64,000 bases of DNA from Geopsychrobacteraceae bacterium. Lineage in GTDB: Bacteria; Desulfobacterota; Desulfuromonadia; Desulfuromonadales; Geopsychrobacteraceae. Within the stretch, counting starts at the first letter, position 1. Every line of letters begins with the position of its first letter. Where the stretch lies: assembly GCA_963662315.1 (NCBI GenBank), contig OY759353.1, positions 320,001-384,000 on the forward strand, written 5' to 3'. Positions 9,308-19,683 of this stretch are shown here, one piece after another. The notes under the pieces are model-generated. The model saw nothing but the letters and a program-made list of their open reading frames with translations. It was not told the DNA's origin and did not search any database. A program made the translations under genes and the position numbers.

Positions 9308-10504
9308 ATGGAAGCATCTGAGTATGACATGTTTTCGGTCGTTGCGCAGGATCACGCAACGCGTCCGCGTAATCTTGGTCCTTTACCCGTCTACAATGGT
9401 CATTACCGGCTGACCGGACCCTGTGGCGATACCATGGAGTTCTGGGTGAATATCCACAACAATCAGGTGACGGAAGCCAGTTTTGTTACGGATGGCTGTG
9501 GATCCTCTTTAGCCTGTGGCAGTATGGCGACCGTATTGGCCAAAGGGGAAAGCGTCGCACAGGTTATTGCGACCAGACCTCAGGAATTGCTGGCGGCCCT
9601 GGCCGGCCTGCCGGAAGAGCTTGAACATTGTGCTTTTCTGGCTAACGACACTTTGCGTAAGGCGTGTGAAAATTATCTGAAAAATGCGCCGCCCGTGGCA
9701 GCTCCCAGCCCTGACGGGGATGTTTTAGCGCAACGTCTGGCCCGCATCAAACATAAGGTGGCGGTCTTTTCCGGTAAGGGGGGCGTCGGCAAAAGCACTG
9801 TCGCCGTAAACCTGGCCACCGCTCTGGCTCTGGCGGGCCACCAGGTCGGTTTGCTCGACACAGATATCCATGGGCCGAGTATTCCGACCATGCTGGGGTG
9901 TGAGAATTACTCTCTCGACGCAGATGGCGACGGTCTGCAACCCGCCTCGGTCGGTGGTCTGAAGGTTATGTCCCTGGGCTTTTTACTGCAAAATCCTGAC
10001 GACGCGGTGATCTGGCGCGGTCCCCGCAAAATGGCAGTGATCAAGCAATTCCTGCAGGATGTCGCCTGGGGGGATCTGGACTACCTGATCATCGATTCCC
10101 CGCCGGGGACCGGTGATGAGCCCTTGTCCCTCTGCCAGCTTATCGGTGCCATGGACGGTGCTGTCATTGTGACGACCCCGCAGAAAGTCGCCGCAGTCGA
10201 TGTGCGCAAATCCATCTCTTTCTGCCGTCAACTGCAGGTTCCGGTGCTGGGCATTGTGGAAAATATGAGCGGTTACGTCTGCCCGAAATGTGGTGATATC
10301 AGTCATATCCTGCCTGCCGGCGGGGGAGCGAAGATTGCCGCTGATATGAATATCCCTCTGCTTGGGGCTATCCCCATGGATCCGCAGGTAGCCTTTGCCG
10401 GTGACAATGGCACCCCCTATCTACAACAGTTTGCGGAAACCCAGACCGCAGCAATAATGCGCAACCTGATTGAACCACTGTTGGCACAACAACAGCCTCA
10501 ATAG
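9308..10504 (+). CDS. NifU/IscU-like scaffold domain fused to Mrp/NBP35 (ApbC) Fe-S carrier ATPase
   Basis: N-terminal GPCGD, DGCG and EHCA cysteines; SGKGGVGKST deviant Walker A, DSPPGTGD, ENMS and CPKC. AGGAGG RBS before ATG 9308. Confidence 0.88.
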   Translation: MEASEYDMFSVVAQDHATRPRNLGPLPVYNGHYRLTGPCGDTMEFWVNIHNNQVTEASFVTDGCGSSLACGSMATVLAKGESVAQVIATRPQELLAALAGLPEELEHCAFLANDTLRKACENYLKNAPPVAAPSPDGDVLAQRLARIKHKVAVFSGKGGVGKSTVAVNLATALALAGHQVGLLDTDIHGPSIPTMLGCENYSLDADGDGLQPASVGGLKVMSLGFLLQNPDDAVIWRGPRKMAVIKQFLQDVAWGDLDYLIIDSPPGTGDEPLSLCQLIGAMDGAVIVTTPQKVAAVDVRKSISFCRQLQVPVLGIVENMSGYVCPKCGDISHILPAGGGAKIAADMNIPLLGAIPMDPQVAFAGDNGTPYLQQFAETQTAAIMRNLIEPLLAQQQPQ

Positions 10505-10590
10505 GCGTTTTTTAAAATCCGATGTGATTTTTAACTGCGGGTCCACTTTGAGTGGGTCTGAAATATCATCCTCAAAGGAGTCATAAACAG

Positions 10591-11943
10591 ATGAAAACTG
10601 ATGTTCTGGTCATTGGCAGCAGTGCTGCCGGCCTTGTTGCGGCCACTACGGCCAAGCGTGTTTATCCAGATAAAGACGTCACCGTTGTCACGCGTATGCC
10701 ACAGACCCTGGTTCCCTGCGGCATTCCATATATTTTCGGTACCCTCGGGTCAAGCGACAAAGATGTCATGCCCGTGGGCAAAATGTTTGAAGGCGCAGGT
10801 GTTACGCTGGTACATAACGAAGTCGTCAGCATTGACCGCGAGAATCGGCGTGTGTTACTGGCCGATGACAGTGAGATTTGTTATGACAAGCTGGTGCTTG
10901 GAACCGGTTCATTACCACATAAGCCCGGCTGGCTTGCAGGGCAGGACCTGGATCGGGTCTTTTATGTTCCTAAAGATAAGGACTACCTTGATCACATGCT
11001 GGAGACGCTGTCCGGCTGTCAGCAGGTTGTTGTTATCGGTGCCGGTTTTATCGGCGTCGAGGTGTCTGACGAACTGGTCAAGGCGGGCAAACAGGTCCAG
11101 CTGGTAGAACAATTGCCCCATATTCTCGGTATGGCCTTTGATGAGGATGTGGCGGTCCGTTTTGAGGATCTGGTTAAGGAACGTGGTGTTGAGGTTCTGA
11201 CCGGCGTTGGGGTCCAGAAAATTTTGGGGAGCCAGGCCGTCAGTGGCGTTGAACTGAACAACGGTCAGACGTTGAAAGCTGATGCAGTGGTGCTGGCCAT
11301 GGGCTACCGTCCCAATGTTGACCTGGCACAAAAGGCCGGCCTGCCTTTGAGCACCTTAGGGTTTATCAAGGTTGATGAATATATGCGTACCGAGGATCCG
11401 TATATTTTTGCTGTTGGCGATTGTGCCGAAAAGCGAGATTTTATCACGCGCAAGGCCGTCCCGACGATGCTGGCGTCAACCGCCTGTGCAGAAGGGCGGA
11501 TTGCCGGCATGAACTTATTTTACCTGTCCGCCATTAAAACTTTTAATGGAACTATCTCGATTTTTTCAACTGCGGTTGGTGACACAGGTGCTGGCGTTGC
11601 CGGGCTGACTGAAAAAGTTGCCACGCGCGAACATTTCAATTATGTCGTTGGGGCTTTTGAGGGGATTGATCGCCACCCGGGAACCCTGGCTGATACCCAT
11701 AGTCAGTTTGTCAAACTGGTGGTCGGTAAGGAATCCGGGGTCATTCTTGGTGGAGAGGTTTATGGGGGTTTGTCAACCGGTGAGTTGATCAACACGATCG
11801 GTTTGATTATTCAAGCCCGGATGACGGTTAATTCACTGCTGACGGCTCAAGTGGGATCCCACCCCCTGATGTCGGCGTCACCGGCGGGCTATCCTTTGAT
11901 TAAGGCTGCAGAAAGTGCCATGAGTAAAATGCTTGGAAACTGA
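10591..11943 (+). CDS. FAD-dependent NADH oxidase / CoA-disulfide reductase family oxidoreductase
   Basis: VPCGIPY redox Cys, GAGFIGVE and FAVGDC motifs; AAGGAG RBS before ATG 10591. Confidence 0.85.
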   Translation: MKTDVLVIGSSAAGLVAATTAKRVYPDKDVTVVTRMPQTLVPCGIPYIFGTLGSSDKDVMPVGKMFEGAGVTLVHNEVVSIDRENRRVLLADDSEICYDKLVLGTGSLPHKPGWLAGQDLDRVFYVPKDKDYLDHMLETLSGCQQVVVIGAGFIGVEVSDELVKAGKQVQLVEQLPHILGMAFDEDVAVRFEDLVKERGVEVLTGVGVQKILGSQAVSGVELNNGQTLKADAVVLAMGYRPNVDLAQKAGLPLSTLGFIKVDEYMRTEDPYIFAVGDCAEKRDFITRKAVPTMLASTACAEGRIAGMNLFYLSAIKTFNGTISIFSTAVGDTGAGVAGLTEKVATREHFNYVVGAFEGIDRHPGTLADTHSQFVKLVVGKESGVILGGEVYGGLSTGELINTIGLIIQARMTVNSLLTAQVGSHPLMSASPAGYPLIKAAESAMSKMLGN

Positions 11944-12001
11944 TCTGTCCTCGCTCAACGTTCTGTCGTCCAGAAGACTGGCAAAGCGTTGGGAGAGCTG
12001 T

Positions 12002-12035
12002 GCCAGGGGGAAATTATTACCCCTGGCTTTTTTTT
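12002..12035 (+). terminator. Intrinsic terminator
   Basis: GCCAGGGG...CCCCTGGC followed by T8. Confidence 0.75.
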
Positions 12036-12037
12036 GC

Positions 12038-12499
12038 CTAGAATGGTGCTTTAAGCTGCTGTTTAAAGCGCAAGTGTGCGCGGGCTTTTTTTACCCACAC
12101 GGGAATGTTCGTTTCACCATCTTCAAGATCGGCAGACAGCCAGGAAAAGCCGCCGTTACGTAGCAGTTCCAGATGGCCAAGATACTGTTCTCTGGCCCAC
12201 ATATCACCCTGATTGCCCCGATGTTTCAGGATCAGGCGCAAGCGCAGGTCCCAGTAGCGGGCCGCAGCGCCGCGACGTTCTGTGACTGGCCCCCAGATGC
12301 CGCCGAAATAAAAAGACAGATAAATGGCTGAGCGCAGGTAACCTCGCCGTGCTGAGGCGCGCAGATATGCAATCCCCTTGGGTATGTTGATGTTGCAGCC
12401 CTTACGCCCTTTAAGATGGGTTACGCCAAGGATAAACCCTGACTGCAGCCGTCCGGCCTGCCACTGGCGTTCTAGAAATCTCAGATCAACCTGTCCCAT
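12038..12499 (-). CDS. Hypothetical protein with a Sel1-like repeat
   Basis: FILGVTHLKGRKGCNINIPKGIAYLRASARRGY resembles a SEL1 repeat; GGAGG RBS; last gene of the kinase operon. Confidence 0.5.
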   Translation of the reverse strand: MGQVDLRFLERQWQAGRLQSGFILGVTHLKGRKGCNINIPKGIAYLRASARRGYLRSAIYLSFYFGGIWGPVTERRGAAARYWDLRLRLILKHRGNQGDMWAREQYLGHLELLRNGGFSWLSADLEDGETNIPVWVKKARAHLRFKQQLKAPF

Positions 12500-12515
12500 G
12501 GCTTAGATCCTCCGC

Positions 12516-12959
12516 TCAGATGAAGCTGATTTTATCATCATGATCAGACGGCAGAACTGTTTTACCTGCGTCATCTCTTTTCACGGACACTTCCTGGTTG
12601 GACAGGAGCTGCAGAATAATTTTCATCGCCGAGAGCCGGACTGGCTTCCATAGAAAATATTGACAGATGTCATTGTTGTCATTGTTGGCGCTAAAGTCAG
12701 CTTTTCCGGTCATCAGAATCCGTACAATTTTAGGATACTTCTGTTTGATGAAGGCCAGTAACTCGACGCCGCTGGTTCCCGGCATGTAGACATCAGAAAT
12801 GATGATTTCAACGTTGCCGTTCGCTATGACTTCGAGAGCTTGTTCGGCATTTTGGGCATAGCAGAACATCCAGGTTTTGGACAGGGGGTGCAGCATCCGT
12901 CTCAGACCATCTAAAGCGAGGGGATCATCATCTACAAACAGGATAGAGTTGGAAGTCAT
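12516..12959 (-). CDS. Single-domain response regulator
   Basis: ILFVDDD, ISDVYMPG, LMTG and WKP receiver motifs. Confidence 0.85.
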   Translation of the reverse strand: MTSNSILFVDDDPLALDGLRRMLHPLSKTWMFCYAQNAEQALEVIANGNVEIIISDVYMPGTSGVELLAFIKQKYPKIVRILMTGKADFSANNDNNDICQYFLWKPVRLSAMKIILQLLSNQEVSVKRDDAGKTVLPSDHDDKISFI

Positions 12960-12998
12960 GGATTGCTCCTGTATTCGAAACGCATTGCTTCAGGTTGA

Positions 12999-14171
12999 CT
13001 ATTCATTGACCTGACGGCAGAACTCCAGGGACGCCTTAAGGTCGCGTTGTGAGTTCAGCACTTGATATTCTGGTTCTGACTTGTCCAGAAGCCCTTGGCA
13101 AATGCGGTTAGCATGCCAGACCGCAGTGGCGATGCTATGTTTGGCGTTGAATTTTATCGTATCTGGATCCAGATGGAAATAGATTGCTTCGACCAACTGT
13201 GGTGGCAGACCCCACAGCGCTGCCAGGTAAGCGCCTATCTCGGCGTGGTTGACCCCCATGATCTGTTCTTCAGCACTATGATAGGTTTTCTGCTGGGACA
13301 CCATGATGTTATGGATGTCCCAATATTTATCCGGAAAGCTGGTCATAATGACAAAGCGCCCAATATCATGAAGTATCCCGCCAATAGTGCAATAGGCTTT
13401 AAGGGTCGGATCACCCGAATCTCTGACCAGTCCTTCGGCGAGGCGTGCCGTCAGAATACTGTGCTCCCAGATTTTTGCTATCTCGCCACGCACCGCCTCG
13501 GGCAGATTGGCGGGCAGGGCATAAATCGTATGGGCCAAAACCAATCCGCGCAGGGTATTGATACCGAGGTATTGCAGGGCTTCTTCAAGGGAATTGATCT
13601 GGCGGACCAGTCCGATAAATGCAGAGTTCACCATCTTCAGGATCTGCATGGTCAGGCTGACATCATTGCGGATAATCTCGGCCAGCTGCTGGAAGTCACT
13701 TTCCGGCTGATCGAGTTGCGCGGTGAGGCGGACAAAATTCTCCGGCAGGGTGGGCAGGGTCGTCATGCCATTGATGGTGTCGATCAGGCTGTCTTTGGTC
13801 AAGATCCCCGACAATTGCTGCAGACGTTCGAGTAATGGTTTCAGAACCTCTATTTTTAGTGGTTTCCAGAGGAAATAATGACAGATATTGATTGATTCTG
13901 CGTAGGTTTCTTTGTCGGGCTGGCCAGTCAGCAGAATTCGGATGGTTTTGGGATGTTTAGCGCGGATTCGCGACAGGAGCTCGTGGCCGCTTATCTGCGG
14001 CATCCTGAAATCGGAAACGATGACATCGATCGGATTTGTCTCAATATAGTCAAGAGCCTCCTGGGGATGATTGAAAAAAGACATGGCCCATTCACTGCGT
14101 AAAGGATAAAGCCCTCTTTTTAAACCCTTGAGCAGGTTGGCGTCATCATCAACAAAAACGATCTTTTTCAT
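12999..14171 (-). CDS. Response regulator with HDOD output domain
   Basis: Receiver domain plus LPTLP, ILKMVNSA, GILHDIG, HAEIGAYLAALWGLP. Confidence 0.9.
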   Translation of the reverse strand: MKKIVFVDDDANLLKGLKRGLYPLRSEWAMSFFNHPQEALDYIETNPIDVIVSDFRMPQISGHELLSRIRAKHPKTIRILLTGQPDKETYAESINICHYFLWKPLKIEVLKPLLERLQQLSGILTKDSLIDTINGMTTLPTLPENFVRLTAQLDQPESDFQQLAEIIRNDVSLTMQILKMVNSAFIGLVRQINSLEEALQYLGINTLRGLVLAHTIYALPANLPEAVRGEIAKIWEHSILTARLAEGLVRDSGDPTLKAYCTIGGILHDIGRFVIMTSFPDKYWDIHNIMVSQQKTYHSAEEQIMGVNHAEIGAYLAALWGLPPQLVEAIYFHLDPDTIKFNAKHSIATAVWHANRICQGLLDKSEPEYQVLNSQRDLKASLEFCRQVNE

Positions 14172-14177
14172 AAAGGC

Positions 14178-17100
14178 TCATTTCTCCTGACCAGTCGGTA
14201 CGCGAATGGTGAATGTCGTGTGATCGTCGACAACGCTGTCGCAGTGAACTGTCCCACCATGTTTATTGACAACAATATCATAAACGATGGACAAGCCCTG
14301 ACCTGAGCCTTTTCCGACCCCTTTGGTGGTAAAAAAGAGGTCGAATATTTTATGCAGGTTGGCCTGCTCTATGCCACTGCCGGTGTCTGTAATTGTCAAC
14401 TCCAGGGTGTTTCTGGATATGGCTTTGGTGGTAATGGTAATTTTGCCCATCTCCCCGGCGGATTGTTTTTCTTTAATGGCATCAGCCGCATTGACAATCA
14501 GGTTCAGCAGGACCTGGCTCCAGGCACTGGCGTCGCACAGGAATAACGGCAGGTCGGGTTCCAGCTGTAAATCGACCGTTGCACAGTATTTCCATTCGTT
14601 ACGGGTGACGATAAGCGCATTGTCAATCAGCTTATTCAATTGTGCCGGTTCCTTGGTACCACTTCCGGGATGACTGAATTCCTTCATCGCGGCAACAATG
14701 CGGGTGACGTGCTCAATTCCGGTCAATGAATCTTCCAGACCCTCCGGGACTTCCTCACGGATAAAATCAAAATCAATACTGGATGCCTTATCGCGCAAGT
14801 CCCGGATGCAGGCTCCCTCATCCGGTTGCTGTTCGGCGAGCCAGCGACGCAAAGCAACAATCAAGGGTTCAACGCTTTGATAGGTGTTGCGGAAAAAGGC
14901 CAGATTATTTTGAATATACTGGATCGGAGTATTAATTTCATGAGCGATTCCTGCCGCCAGCTGACCGATCGATTCAAGTTTCTGAGCCTGAAGCAGTTGC
15001 TGCTGAAGGGTCCGTTCCTGGCGGACATCACGCCACAGCGAGACATAATGGGTGAGCTTGTTATTTTTGTCCCGGACCGGGGAGATGGTGAGTTCGACTT
15101 CAAAGAATTCTCCCTGTTTGGAACGGTTGGTCAATGATCCTTTCCAGACCCGTTCGGTTCTCAGGGTCGCCCAGATGTTTTTATAGAAATCTGCGCTGTG
15201 TGCACCACTTTTGAAGATAGAGATATCCTGGCCGATCAGCTCTTCCGTAAGATAACCGGACATGGCGGAGATAGCGATGTTGGCGAATTCAATGGTACCG
15301 TTGGTCGCCGAGACCAGAATTCCTTCAGAGGTTTGTTCAAACACGGTTGAAAGGAGTTTCTGCTGTGCTTCTGCATGGTGCCGTTCAGTCACGTCGTGAA
15401 TAAATAAAACTCTCCCGATCGTGCCTTGTAATTCGGTTTCTGAGGCGTGCAAAGCAATGAATAGTTCTCCGCACGGTGTGGCGATTGAAAATTCAACCGG
15501 AGAGGGGAGGGAAAGCTTATCTTTGATGCTGGATAGAATGTTCTCACGCAACTCGGCCGTTGGCATGGCGTATTCCCGGCTCCAAAGATCCAACTGCACG
15601 GCAAAGGTTTGATTGTGCTGCAATATGTTGCCAGCATTATCAATGACCAGTAAACCACCGGGGATGATATGCAGAATATTTTCGACGAAGTGCCGATGGG
15701 CTTGAGCTTCATTCAGCGCAGTTTTTAGTGCCGAGACATCCTTTGCACCGGCGACAACGCCTATGATCTCATCATGATCATTGCGCAGGGCGGATAGGTT
15801 GATGGATACCGGAAGCTGTTCTCCGCTGTGTTTTTTAAGCGTCAGTTCGATATTGCGCAGTGCCTGTTGCTGTTTATAGTCGGGCTGTTGATAAAATCTA
15901 AAATATTTTGCGACACTCGCGGCATCTTCCTGAAACAGATTGGTTACCGGTTGACCAATTATGGCGTTATCCTGATATCCCAGCAGGCTGCATGTTTCTT
16001 TATTGACCCGCATAATCGTGAGATCTTGGTTGACAACCAATAAGCTATCCAGAAAGCTGGAAATAACCGAATCAGCTTCCTGTCGTGCTTCCTGTGCATC
16101 ACGTAAGGCATTTTGCAGGGCCGTGATTTCAAGGTGGATGCCCAGTATTTCCCGGGGGCTGCCATCGGCTGTGTGGCTGATGACCTGGCCGGCATCGCGG
16201 ACCCAGATATAGTGCCCCTGTTTGTGACGCAGGCGATAATCTGCCCGAAAACGCTCACTTTCTCCTTTTAGATGGGTTGCCCATAAAGCTTCAACCCTGG
16301 GCCAGTCATCCGGGTGAACCAGCTCTACCCACGATTCAACATTGGGAATGATTTCATCTTTATTGAATCCCAGCATTTGCGCCCAGCCTTCATTGATAAT
16401 GAATTCTCCGGTACTGGCGTTTTTGACCCAGGTTCCGAGTTTGGCCGCATCAATAATCAGCCTTATTTCTTCATTTTTCTGGTGCAGTTTCTTTTTATTC
16501 TCTTTAAGGGTTTGAAGGCTTTCATTTAACGCCTGGCTTCGTGCGGTAGAACGGACCAGACGCAGCATGGTTACAATGATGATGATGGACAACAGTGAGG
16601 CCGTAGCGAAGTGCATTAGTGGTGCTTTGTCATTGAGCAGATTATCTGCGTCCATCACATGGATAAGAGTCAGGGGATAATTTTTCAGTGGATTGGTAAA
16701 TATAGCCGCACGGTGTGGGTAATCGTCATGTTGTACTTCAGCCTGCTTAAAAGAGCTGGCCAGGGTATACACTGTTTTCTCTGTCAGGTCGGTATAAGGC
16801 AGGACTTCTTTTACAGAGGTGGTGTTGGAAATCAGCAGCAACTGGAGCGGTTTTATCTGACGACTGTCAAGGGGACTGTGGTTGGGACGTTCCAATACTT
16901 TGGCCAGGGAATCCAGGTTGATCGTGGCAACCAGGTAACCGGGCTCATCGTTATTGTCTTTAACCGGGGCATACAGGTACAGCTGGCGCTGATCAACCGT
17001 ACTGTTGTCAGGAGTGCTTCGGGCGCGCTTTATCGCACGTTTATCCTGGCTGAAATCGGAATTCGGCCAGCTGACAAGCGGACTGTTCTGTCGGTCGTAA

Positions 17101-17489
17101 AGAACCAGGCTGGTTGAAATGTTCTGGGGCGGAACCTTAAGGTCGTAAAGGGATAAAATATGGTTGGCTTTATCGGCAAGGATTCGACGTATAACAACAA
17201 GCTGTTCGTTTATCTGGGTGTTGTGGTTCTGTTCACTTATTGACCGTTGGTTGAAAAATGCTTTGACAATGAGATGGTTGGCTGCACTGTTCAAGTCAAT
17301 GTGAATGTGTTTAAGGTAGAGATCAATTCGATCACGATCTAAGGCGAAGGCTGTCTCAATCTGCTGCAGGCTTTTCTCTTCAATGATGCCTGTGCAGTAG
17401 TAATTCGCGCCCAGAGTAGCACTGAGCAGCAATGCCAGGACAATAGTTGCAAATGAGACAGCTCTTAAGCTATTGGGGGCTTTTTGCAT
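14178..17489 (-). CDS. Membrane multi-PAS sensor histidine kinase
   Basis: Two TM segments, several PAS domains, H-box AAGIAHEINTP, N box NLIVNA and G boxes DTGSG / KGSGQGL. Confidence 0.92.
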   Translation of the reverse strand: MQKAPNSLRAVSFATIVLALLLSATLGANYYCTGIIEEKSLQQIETAFALDRDRIDLYLKHIHIDLNSAANHLIVKAFFNQRSISEQNHNTQINEQLVVIRRILADKANHILSLYDLKVPPQNISTSLVLYDRQNSPLVSWPNSDFSQDKRAIKRARSTPDNSTVDQRQLYLYAPVKDNNDEPGYLVATINLDSLAKVLERPNHSPLDSRQIKPLQLLLISNTTSVKEVLPYTDLTEKTVYTLASSFKQAEVQHDDYPHRAAIFTNPLKNYPLTLIHVMDADNLLNDKAPLMHFATASLLSIIIIVTMLRLVRSTARSQALNESLQTLKENKKKLHQKNEEIRLIIDAAKLGTWVKNASTGEFIINEGWAQMLGFNKDEIIPNVESWVELVHPDDWPRVEALWATHLKGESERFRADYRLRHKQGHYIWVRDAGQVISHTADGSPREILGIHLEITALQNALRDAQEARQEADSVISSFLDSLLVVNQDLTIMRVNKETCSLLGYQDNAIIGQPVTNLFQEDAASVAKYFRFYQQPDYKQQQALRNIELTLKKHSGEQLPVSINLSALRNDHDEIIGVVAGAKDVSALKTALNEAQAHRHFVENILHIIPGGLLVIDNAGNILQHNQTFAVQLDLWSREYAMPTAELRENILSSIKDKLSLPSPVEFSIATPCGELFIALHASETELQGTIGRVLFIHDVTERHHAEAQQKLLSTVFEQTSEGILVSATNGTIEFANIAISAMSGYLTEELIGQDISIFKSGAHSADFYKNIWATLRTERVWKGSLTNRSKQGEFFEVELTISPVRDKNNKLTHYVSLWRDVRQERTLQQQLLQAQKLESIGQLAAGIAHEINTPIQYIQNNLAFFRNTYQSVEPLIVALRRWLAEQQPDEGACIRDLRDKASSIDFDFIREEVPEGLEDSLTGIEHVTRIVAAMKEFSHPGSGTKEPAQLNKLIDNALIVTRNEWKYCATVDLQLEPDLPLFLCDASAWSQVLLNLIVNAADAIKEKQSAGEMGKITITTKAISRNTLELTITDTGSGIEQANLHKIFDLFFTTKGVGKGSGQGLSIVYDIVVNKHGGTVHCDSVVDDHTTFTIRVPTGQEK

Positions 17490-17981
17490 ATTCCTCTCGC
17501 CAAATCGTTAACCTGGTCTCAGGAAATTAATCCGCTTGTCGCTATGTTCGGATTCATAAGCAAGTGCTGTGTCCAATTATCCGTGTCCAAATATATGTTG
17601 CTGACTCTGGTGTCTTGTTTTTTATTTCCGCCTGAGACCACGTAATTTTGCAAAAGGATGTCATCCGATTTGCGAGGACTGTATGGCTTTACTTTGGAAC
17701 CCCTCCGGTGGAAATTTGGGTGGAAAATTGATGCTTAACGCTATTAGGTGATATTAATTCAATCAGGGTGAGAGATCAATTGTTTTTAATGGTTATGCTT
17801 GGCGAACGTCGAAAATAACAGGTATCAGGCTTCAATTCTCAGTGATATATGGATGTTACGTTTCTTCAAAAAGCGTGCGGATCTGCTGCCATTATTGATA
17901 TATAGATACAAGCCAGGAACGGACCTGATTGTGACTCATATAAATTGTGGTAGTTTTTAATAGGAAGCGAAAGGAGACTGT

Positions 17982-18302
17982 ATGTCAGATATCATTGATT
18001 TGAATGAATATCGTAAAAAACATCAGGATCTTGCCCGTGGTGTCACCAGTGAGATTGCGGCAGATATTGAGTCTGTCCTTAGCGCGTCAACCTATGAGGT
18101 CAAAGAGAGGATCAGACGTATAGAAGATACTCACTTTAACGGTGCTGCCCCGGATTTTTCCAGTAAAGAAGCCATGTGTAAAAAGCTGACGTCTATAAGG
18201 ATTGATTATAGCGCTCTGGTCCTAGACCTGTTTAAAAAAGTGATTACCCTGGAACGGCAGATGTGCTTTTTCAAGAAAGGGTTTTTCCCACCGAAAAAAT
18301 AG
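17982..18302 (+). CDS. Hypothetical protein
   Basis: 106-aa ORF with AAAGGAG RBS; no recognised motif. Confidence 0.6.
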   Translation: MSDIIDLNEYRKKHQDLARGVTSEIAADIESVLSASTYEVKERIRRIEDTHFNGAAPDFSSKEAMCKKLTSIRIDYSALVLDLFKKVITLERQMCFFKKGFFPPKK

Positions 18303-18412
18303 TGATCTGAACTTAAAAAAAGAGTTTTAATATAGAAAAGGTGATGTGGTTCAATGATCTCGGACACCAAAGTGCGTGCTATACTATACTCTGGCACGAA
18401 AGCGAGGTGTTC

Positions 18413-19575
<1,163 letters not shown>

Positions 19576-19583
19576 CCACTACA

Positions 19584-19620
19584 AGCACTTCGCGCCGAAG
19601 CGTGAAGTGCTTTTCTTTTT
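19584..19620. terminator. Bidirectional terminator hairpin
   Basis: AGCACTTCGCGC...GCGTGAAGTGCT followed by T runs; lies between convergent genes. Confidence 0.6.
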
Positions 19621-19683
19621 AAGAGGCGCAATCCGGAAGCATCATCAGGGTTCTGATGCTGTTTCCGGGTAATCACGACAATA

